A DNA stretch of 6,751 nucleotides, from assembly GCF_006345805.1 (NCBI RefSeq), contig NW_021829232.1:1-6751 (forward strand). Direction: 5' to 3'. Under the pieces are notes generated by a model. That model saw only the letters and a program-made list of their open reading frames with translations, was not told the DNA's origin and did not search any database. This document shows positions 1-6,529 of this stretch, in pieces; position 1 is the first letter of the stretch, and every line of letters starts with the position of its first letter. A program made the position numbers and the translations under genes. The DNA comes from Octopus sinensis (Eukaryota).

Positions 1-75
1 TATAAGTGACCGAGCTCACAATACTCTCCGTGAAAGGGACGCCGGTTCGTTGTCGGGTTCAGTATCAAGCAATTT

Positions 76-150
76 TGAGGGGAGGGGTCAAGTCGATTAC
101 TTTGACCCCTATTTGGTTGTCATTTTATTTCATCAACCCAAAATGAATGC
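76..150 (-). mobile_element. Degenerate fragment of the SINE core also seen at 547-962
   Basis: Seen: AAGTCGATTACTTTGACCCC...TTTTATTTCATCAACCC...AATGAA loosely matches TAGTCGATTATATCGACCCC...TTATTTAATCGACCCCGAAAGGATGAA of the intact copies. Boundaries are approximate. Confidence 0.4.
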
Positions 151-215
151 TAGACGCGCAATACATAACTAAGATACATAAATGAACGTGAATAACGAAT
201 CAGATTTTAGTATTG

Positions 216-436
216 CAGCAATCCCTCGCAATATCGCGGTTCACCTATCGCGGTTTATTATTTAAACTTACATCGATTCCTCCGTGGTGTTGTTTTGCAT
301 TTATAATAAAATAAATATATACAGGTTATTAAAATGCTAAAAGAAAAATAATATATATACTGTTTCTTCTTCGCGGATTTTCACCTATCGCTAGGGGGTT
401 TGAAACGTAACACTCGCGATAGTCGAGGGATTACTG
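216..436 (-). mobile_element. MITE, Tc1/mariner superfamily, Tigger/pogo (MER2-like) architecture; copy A
   Basis: Seen: imperfect TIRs CAGCAATCCCTCGCAATATCGCG (from 216) and CGCGATAGTCGAGGGATTACTG (ending 436), followed by TA (437-438) and preceded by TG (probable mutated TA). It has an AT-rich centre and repeated CGCGATAGGTGAA motifs. Knowledge: CAG-starting TIRs with a TA TSD typify Tigger/pogo elements. Strand is given only relative to copy B. Confidence 0.8.
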
Positions 437-528
437 TAATCCTTTTTTATGAGAATCAACAGGAAAGGGGCTGCATGCGTGCAATGTGTATCCTACTGCA
501 ATTATACCATTTCTTTTTTAAAATTGCA

Positions 529-546
529 TCCTTTGGTTAAAGTACC
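529..546 (+). repeat. Left target-site duplication of the SINE dimer (TCCTTTGGTTAAAGTACC)
   Basis: Seen: identical 18-mer at 529-546 and 963-980, exactly bracketing the SINE. Confidence 0.93.
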
Positions 547-962
547 TATTTCTTTACTGCCCACAAGGGGCTACACACAGAGGGGACAAACAAGGACAGA
601 CAAACGGATTAGTCGATTATATCGACCCCATTGCGTAACTGGTACTTATTTAATCGACCCCGAAAGGATGAAAGGCAAAGTCGACCTCAGCGGAATTTGA
701 ACTCAGAACGTAGCGGCAGACGAAATACCTATTTCTTTACTACGCACAAGGGGCTAAACACAGAGAGGACAAACAAGGACAGACAAACGGATTAGTCGAT
801 TATATCGACCCCATTGCGTAACTGGTACTTATTTAATCGACCCCGAAAGGATAAAAGGCAAAGTCGACATCGGCGGAATTTGAACTCAGAACGTAGCGGC
901 AGACGAAATACCGCTAAGCATTTCGCCCGGTGTGCTAACGTTTCTGCCAGCTCGCCGCCTTT
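547..962 (-). mobile_element. Dimeric tRNA-derived SINE (full monomer 730-959 plus 5'-truncated monomer 547-729), octopus-type
   Basis: Seen: the minus strand begins GGCGGCGAGCTGGCAGAAACGTTAG (A-box-like 939-949), with B-box GAGTTCAAATTCC at 875-887 and again at 692-704. A 183-bp unit is duplicated (547-729 vs 730-912, 7 substitutions by my count), both monomers end AAAGAAATA, and there is an 18-bp TSD. The family resemblance to octopus tRNA-SINEs is from memory. Confidence 0.9.
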
Positions 963-980
963 TCCTTTGGTTAAAGTACC
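963..980 (+). repeat. Right target-site duplication of the SINE dimer
   Basis: Seen: identical to 529-546. Confidence 0.93.
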
Positions 981-1154
981 ATGAGTTACACCCTACAAAA
1001 GAAGAGAGAGGATTAATCTGGATTTATAGAGAATGAAGTCGGGTGGTGGGGTGGTAAGAAAGATTTACCGAAGAGATTAGGTTAAGATAGATTTTCGTGC
1101 AGATGCAGGTGGTGGATTAATATGGGTTTATTGGGGTTTGGGGTGGGTAGATGA

Positions 1155-1205
1155 GGCCCATTTCGAGATAATGAACTTTTCGTGTTGGAATTCTTCGAGT
1201 GGAAT
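1155..1205 (-). repeat. Unclassified interspersed repeat fragment, inverted homologue of 2286-2330
   Basis: Seen: 1179-1205 TTCGTGTTGGAATTCTTCGAGTGGAAT vs reverse complement of 2286-2312 TTCGTTCTGGAATTCTTCGACTGGAAT, 24/27 identical, with weaker similarity for about 25 further nt. Confidence 0.55.
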
Positions 1206-1304
1206 ATTTAATGAATTATAGAAAAATTCTTCAGCAAATATAATCAAAACTTGAAAAGATTGTACTGTGTGACTTGCCTAAGCATAGTATCGGAGGCAGG
1301 GGGT

Positions 1305-1664
1305 GGGGTCACACAAGATATCTAACCTAAGTCTATCTAAGGAGCCATTATGGCAATCTGCTTACCATTATGGTTCCTTGAGTAAACTGGCATTCCGTCG
1401 GTTACGACGATGTGGGTCCCAAGTCATCCGATCAACAGAACAGCCTGCTCAGGAAATTAACGTGCAAGTGGCTGAGCATTCCACAGACACGTGTACCCTT
1501 AACGTAGTTCTCAGGGAGATTCAGTGTGACACAGAATGTGACAAAGACGGCCCTTTGGAATACAGGTTCAACTCATTTTTTAACCGGACACCCTAACCAC
1601 TAAACGATCCGCCTTTACAATAGGATGACTTAGATAGACTGAGGTTAGATCCCCTGTCTACCCC
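1305..1664. mobile_element. Small TIR-bounded element (MITE-like) interrupted by a SINE
   Basis: Seen: 22-bp inverted repeat with 1 mismatch (1320-1341 ATCTAACCTAAGTCTATCTAAG; 1629-1650 CTTAGATAGACTGAGGTTAGAT), with outer GGGGT (1305-1309) and ACCCC (1660-1664). No TSD was identified, so the superfamily is unassigned. Confidence 0.55.
1383..1613 (-). mobile_element. Second tRNA-derived SINE family, internally deleted copy
   Basis: Seen: the minus strand starts GGCGGATCGTTTAGTGGTTAGGGTGTCCGG (tRNA 5'-half/A-box-like), then runs straight into AAAAAATGAGTTGAACCTGTATTCC with no B box. The body (1383-1575) resembles an abundant octopus repeat as I recall it; this is not verified. Confidence 0.65.
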
Positions 1665-1814
1665 TATTTTTCTATATTTAAACATATTTTAGTCCTGATA
1701 GAAGAGAGAGCCCTCCAACTGCTTTATTGCCCAAGATATAGCTTAGCTGTGTTTGTTGCATGTACATTCGGGCAACCACTGACACAATTTCTCCTCCCTG
1801 GCCTTTTGCAAAAT

Positions 1815-1951
1815 GCAGACGAGGCTGTGTTGTTAAGTAATTCATTTTTGTATTCTCGTGGCGCCGGGTTCAAGCCCACAGCGCGTTACCTCCGGCAAGT
1901 GTCTTCTATTATAGTCCCGGGTTAAAACTGTGTAAAATCGCGTCGTGTGTA

Positions 1952-1994
<43 letters not shown>

Positions 1995-2216
1995 GCATAT
2001 GTGAACACGTCTGTGTGTGCGCGCGCGCATGTTTGTCCTGCTTCAATCACTTGAGAACCTGTGGTGGTCGTTTATGTCCCCGTATCTTAGCGTTTGGCCA
2101 AATGATAAGAACCAGACTTTAAGAAAGTAGGTACTAAGCTTCGAGACGGTGGCCCCAGCATGGCCGCAGTCCATACCCTCAATCCAATGACTGGAACCAA
2201 TAAAAGACTAAAAGAA
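1815..2216 (+). mobile_element. Third tRNA-derived SINE family with internal (CA)n, diverged
   Basis: Seen: A-box-like GAGGCTGTGTTG (1821-1832), B-box GGTTCAAGCCC (1867-1877), then GGCAAGTGTCTTCTATTATAG, an internal microsatellite, CCAGCATGGCCGCAGTC and a TAAAAGAC-TAAAAGAA repeat tail. The layout matches a recalled octopus SINE. No clear TSD. Confidence 0.7.
1955..1990 (+). repeat. (AC)n microsatellite inside SINE
   Basis: Seen directly; about 18 units. Confidence 0.97.
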
Positions 2217-2279
2217 CAATGAAAAATCGTACAAATCCTTAACATGTTCTTATATTAAGCGGGGAACATTTACGACCCA

Positions 2280-2330
2280 TCTTGCATTCCAGTCGAAGAA
2301 TTCCAGAACGAAGTACTCATCGCAAACGGA
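2280..2330 (+). repeat. Unclassified interspersed repeat fragment, inverted homologue of 1155-1205 (may extend over ~2230-2450)
   Basis: Seen: 24/27 inverted identity core at 2286-2312. Confidence 0.5.
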
Positions 2331-2489
2331 AGAATCGTCTTTTCTATTGGCCCACTTCAAAATAAGGAAATTCTTGCCAGTTTTGGATATATTTTTGACT
2401 CCTGTCTCTTGCTGCCAATTTCTTTTCCCCTTAAAATGTTCATGTGTCATTTCTTAGTTATTTCCACCTTACACTCCCCGACCTCACAC

Positions 2490-2626
2490 CGCCTTCTTTG
2501 TTTCCTCTCTCTTTAGCTTTCCATATCTCTTCATCTTTCTCTTTCTCTCTCCTCTCACTCTTTCTCTTTCTGTACACACCACACACATACAAACACGCAT
2601 ACACACACACACACATACACACACAC
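2490..2626 (+). repeat. CT-rich tract followed by CA-rich tract
   Basis: Seen directly. Confidence 0.85.
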
Positions 2627-2658
2627 AAAACAAATTGGATAAATAGGATTCAATACAT

Positions 2659-2660
<2 letters not shown>

Positions 2661-2710
<50 letters not shown>

Positions 2711-2742
2711 TTATATATGTATGTATGTATGTATATATGTAG

Positions 2743-2778
<36 letters not shown>

Positions 2779-2873
2779 GTATAATATATTATTTATATTA
2801 TATTATATATATCTTATATATATATAATATATATATATATACGTATGTATATATATATATATATTATATATAT

Positions 2874-2915
<42 letters not shown>

Positions 2916-2986
2916 TATATACGTGTGTGTGTGTGTGTGTACGTGTGTGTGTATGTGTGTGGTGTGTGTGTGTGTTTGTGTGTGTG
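2661..2986 (+). repeat. Compound microsatellite: (GT)n-(TA)n-(TATG)n-(ATT)n-degenerate (TA)n-(GT)n
   Basis: Seen directly: (TA)n ~2672-2702, (ATT)n ~2746-2778, TA-rich ~2780-2921, (GT)n ~2923-2986. Confidence 0.95.
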
Positions 2987-3375
2987 CATAATCTAACAGA
3001 GAAACAGATTCTGTTCTTCGGGTGCAATCGATTAGAGGAACAGCGAAAACTTGTAAAACATTTCAGGGATTCTCCATTTGAGGTTCCTGGGTGAACGTAT
3101 GCACATCATCACATATGCAGATGGAATACACAGGCATACACACACACACCACGTCCGTCTTGATAATTATTTTATCGTTCCAGGAGGGATGAGAAACGGT
3201 ACCATAAGCCCTTCCATGCGTGCCTCACACGTGCAAGCACCCAACACTCACAAACTCATTTGCATATATTTACTTTGGGCTGACAATAATTTCCCCAGAC
3301 ACCATTTTTTATGGCAGCTAAATATTTGTCTTAATTATGATGTCAACGGTGCTGATAATGAGAGATGTACTTATT

Positions 3376-3428
3376 CACACACACACACACACACACACGC
3401 ACACACACACACATGCACACACACACAC
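3376..3428 (+). repeat. (CA)n microsatellite
   Basis: Seen directly. Confidence 0.95.
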
Positions 3429-4400
3429 GTGCATATACAAATATACACACATATGCATACATGCATATACAAATATACACACATATACATACATGCATAC
3501 AAAAATATATACACATATACATACATGCATAGACAAATATACACACATATGCATATATGCATAGACAAATATACACATATACATACATGCATGCACAAAT
3601 ATACATACATATGCATACATCCATACACACATATACATACATGCATAGACAAATATACACACATACATACATGCATAGACAAATATACGCACATATACAT
3701 ACATGCATAGACAAATATACACACATATACATACATGTATACACAAATATACACATATACATACATGCATGCACAAATATGCACACATATACATACGTGC
3801 ATAGACAAATATACACACATATACATACATGCATACAAAAATATACATATACATACATGCATATACAAATATACACACATATACATACATGCATAAACAA
3901 ATATACACACAGGCATACATGCATACACAAATATACGCACATATGCATACATGCATAGACAAATATACACACATATACATACATGTAAACCAATATACAC
4001 ACATATACATACATGCTGCACAAATATGCCCATATACATACGTGCATAGACAAATATCACACATATACATACATGCATAAAAAATATACATATACATACA
4101 TGCATATACAAATATACACACATATGCTACATGCATACACAAACAAACACACATATACATACATGCATAAACAAATATACACACAGGCATACATGCATAC
4201 ACAAATATACGCACATATGCATACATGCATAGACAAATATACACACATATACACACATATACATACATGCATACACAAATATACACATATATACATACAC
4301 AAATATATACACACATACATACATGCATAGACAAATATACACACATATACACATACATATACATACATGCATACACAAATACACGCACATATACATATAC
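3429..4400 (+). repeat. Minisatellite, 30-32-bp unit, consensus ~ATATACATACATGCATAGACAAATATACACAC, roughly 30 units
   Basis: Seen: ATGCAT and CAAATAT anchors recur about every 30 bp, and variant units recur in the same order. Confidence 0.93.
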
Positions 4401-4529
4401 AAGACCTGCACACGTGTAGCAAAGGGGCGTGGTCAGACTATAATTATTTTTGTTTTGTTTCGTTTTATCTATTTATATTTATATTTTATTATGTATTTTC
4501 GTTTTTACCGCCAAAATTTTCCATGCAGA

Positions 4530-4800
4530 AAGTCTCAGTTTTCACCTCCTTTTTGCTGCAAAAGTTGACCCTACTGCAAAGGGTCGTTGTGCCGCTCCGT
4601 GCATTGGTGCCGCCTCGCCGTTGTTTTAGCGCACCAGCAAATGTCGCCTGGCATTCTCTGTAAAAAATTCCTTATAAGCTGTTGTAACGTGTTCCAACGA
4701 TGCATAATTTCCGCACCGATCACAATTGGCAGTGTCATGCCAGCCGTACAGTTTAAAGCCTCGATCCACGTTCGTTACGGGATTTTGGTGTCAGGTCAAT
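4530..4800 (-). mobile_element. Decayed fragment of a restriction-like-endonuclease (R2-group; HERO/NeSL/R4-like) non-LTR retrotransposon, post-RT CCHC region
   Basis: Seen: the minus-strand stop-to-stop frame 4790-4626 reads HQNPVTNVDRGFKLYGWHDTANCDRCGNYASLEHVTTAYKEFFTENARRHLLVR*, containing C-x2-C-x7-H-x4-Y (4724-4674; TAT is one change from TGT), then RH. Another frame continues FAGALKQRR...RVNF. Knowledge: LxLWG...CxxC...LEH(I/V)xxxC...RH is the knuckle signature of RLE LINEs. Confidence 0.62.
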
Positions 4801-4842
4801 GATGAGTGAATCAAATCCGTTCACTTTATAAATACAATATTA

Positions 4843-5047
4843 CAGCAATCCTTCGAATATCGCGAGTATTACATTCCAAACTACCCCGCGATAGGTGAAA
4901 ATCCGCGAAGTAGATATTTTTTATGTTATTTCTTTAATTTTTATATATATATTTTGTTATAAAGGCAAAAGAACACCACGGTGGAATCAACGTATTTAAA
5001 TAATAAACCGTGATAGGTGAACCGCGATAGGCGAACCGCGATATGGC
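4843..5047 (+). mobile_element. Tigger/MER2-like MITE, copy B, inverted relative to copy A, right end truncated
   Basis: Seen: TA (4841-4842) then CAGCAATCCTTCGAATATCGCG. It aligns with the reverse complement of 216-436 (about 61/72 identity over the first arm by my count), has three 14-bp units at 5006-5047 where copy A has two, and lacks the terminal GAGGGATTGCTG. Confidence 0.8.
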
Positions 5048-5075
5048 AATTCGGTTTTACCAAATACGAATGTTA

Positions 5076-5106
<31 letters not shown>

Positions 5107-5446
5107 CTCTCTCTCTCTCTCTCTCACATACACACATTCTTAGACGCACACAACATAATTACATAACACACATCGACACAAACTAGACACATACACACAC
5201 ACGTAGACACGATACGAATGCTCACACAGCGCACTCACCAATATACATACACACATGCACGCATACAACACAAACACATACATACACAGCACAAATACAC
5301 AAAGCTCTCTCTCTCACACACACACATATACGCACACACCACAACAGAGACACATACACAAACACGTACGCAAACAATACATACGCACGCGAATACAAAC
5401 AGTACACACACACCACCACCAAACAGTACAAACACCATGCACACAG
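5076..5446 (+). repeat. (CT)n tract (5076-5125) followed by degenerate CA-rich low-complexity sequence
   Basis: Seen directly. Confidence 0.9.
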
Positions 5447-5455
5447 CGTAATCCC

Positions 5456-5490
5456 CTTGATGTAATCTTCTTTTCTTTTTCCTCTCACAG
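5456..5490 (+). promoter_or_regulatory. 3' splice site: branch-point-like CTTGAT, polypyrimidine tract, CAG
   Basis: Seen: CTTGAT (5456-5461), then TCTTCTTTTCTTTTTCCTCTCACAG ending at 5490. Confidence 0.8.
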
Positions 5491-5708
5491 ATTCTACAGT
5501 AAGAAAAGTAAATGAAGAAGAGAAAGACCCCAAAAAGCAGCGCCCAACGTATCATTTAGATGTGAGGAAATTCGAGCAGATATATTACCGTAGCGTCCCA
5601 CTGACTAGTGTCCGCAGTGTGGAATTGAACGTGCAAACAGGGACTTCAGCCGAAACAACACTTACAATGAGAGAAGCCCTTTGTTGCGGGCTTTGCCGGT
5701 GCTTCGGG
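5491..5708 (+). CDS. Internal coding exon (218 nt, phase 1 in, phase 0 out) of an unidentified protein: x-STVRKVNEEEKDPKKQRPTYHLDVRKFEQIYYRSVPLTSVRSVELNVQTGTSAETTLTMREALCCGLCRCFG
   Basis: Seen: strong acceptor, consensus GTGAGT donor (5709-5714), an open frame across the whole interval that stops just after the donor (TGA), balanced composition amid low-complexity DNA, and a natural-looking peptide. It is absent from the ORF track because it has no start codon. Confidence 0.82.
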
Positions 5709-5714
5709 GTGAGT
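5709..5714 (+). promoter_or_regulatory. 5' splice donor GTGAGT
   Basis: Seen: GGG|GTGAGT matches the donor consensus. Confidence 0.8.
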
Positions 5715-6129
5715 TATTGACTATTTTGTGTTGTTGTGAGTGTGTCTGTGTGTAGGTGGGTGTGTGTGGAATATGTGAGTGTACGTGCATATAGGAATGT
5801 GTTTGCTTCTTCAGAGTTTTGTTGCCACGCCTGCAGCATTTGTCAGAATTTAGATTTTTTCGAGATGTGTTCTTCTAGGTTAATGACTCAATCTCTCACA
5901 CAATGGAAATAAAAAATTGAAAAAAAAAAAATTACTGATGTGATTCACATAGAAATGAAAAAACAACATACTTCAGGATTAGAGATTATATATGCATATA
6001 ACTGCACCGAAACTATGCATATCCTAGTCGGCAAGGCTGATGAGAGGTATTCGTTTCATTTAGTAATTTGTTTTTTTCTGCCAATGGTTTTCATGTTCTA
6101 CTTCGAATTTCACGTACAACGACGCCATA

Positions 6130-6190
<61 letters not shown>

Positions 6191-6194
6191 ACTA

Positions 6195-6233
<39 letters not shown>

Positions 6234-6269
6234 GGCTATCTATCTGTCTATCTATCTATCTGTCTGTGC

Positions 6270-6329
<60 letters not shown>

Positions 6330-6434
6330 GTCTGTTTGTCTGTCTATCTATCTATCTGTCTATCTATCTATCTGTCTATATGTCTGTCTGTCTATCTATC
6401 TATCTATCATCTATCTTTCTATTTATCTATCTAT
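6130..6434 (+). repeat. Compound (TCTA)n/(TCTG)n (GATA/GACA) tetranucleotide repeat
   Basis: Seen directly; about 15 perfect TCTA units at 6131-6190. Confidence 0.97.
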
Positions 6435-6436
6435 TA

Positions 6437-6462
6437 ACACACACACGCACACACGCGCGCGC

Positions 6463-6527
<65 letters not shown>
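6437..6527 (+). repeat. (CA)n microsatellite with (CG)n interruption
   Basis: Seen directly. Confidence 0.96.

Positions 6528-6529
<2 letters not shown>

Noticed and set aside
449-700. 83-aa ORF
   Set aside because: It runs antisense through a SINE monomer; no protein-like features.
547-912. 183-bp tandem repeat as satellite or CRISPR
   Set aside because: It has only two units and is fully explained as a SINE dimer.
875-959. Possible tRNA gene
   Set aside because: A and B boxes are present, but I could not fold a cloverleaf and the sequence continues into a SINE body with a TSD.
1303-1596. 97-aa ORF with GTG start
   Set aside because: It spans a TIR element and an antisense SINE, so it crosses element boundaries.
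2250-2450. 66-aa minus-strand ORF, and a similar-length plus-strand open frame
   Set aside because: It overlaps an interspersed repeat fragment; no recognisable motif or convincing splice sites.
2444-3027. ORFs rich in I/Y/L/H/T
   Set aside because: These are translations of microsatellites.
3165-3200. Faint resemblance to the SINE core (TTATTTTATCG...GGATGAGA)
   Set aside because: Too short and diverged to support a call.
3255-3265. Octamer motif ATTTGCAT
   Set aside because: It is a single short motif in ATGCAT-rich DNA with no associated snRNA or promoter elements.
3429-4400. Possible CRISPR-like array (about 30-bp periodicity)
   Set aside because: The units are contiguous with no unique spacers, there are no cas genes, and the context is eukaryotic.
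4424-4434. GC-box GGGGCGTGGTC
   Set aside because: Isolated, with no CpG island or transcription-start context.
3078-4663. Many long overlapping ORFs (up to 337 aa; H/T/Y/I or C/V/M/Y rich)
   Set aside because: The CA/TA-alternating minisatellite rarely makes stop codons, and ORFs in nearly all frames on both strands mark an artefact, not a metal-binding or membrane protein.
4587-4802. 71-aa plus-strand ORF
   Set aside because: It is antisense to the LINE relic, which explains the composition better.
5218-5555. Several ORFs over the CA-rich tract
   Set aside because: Low-complexity artefacts.
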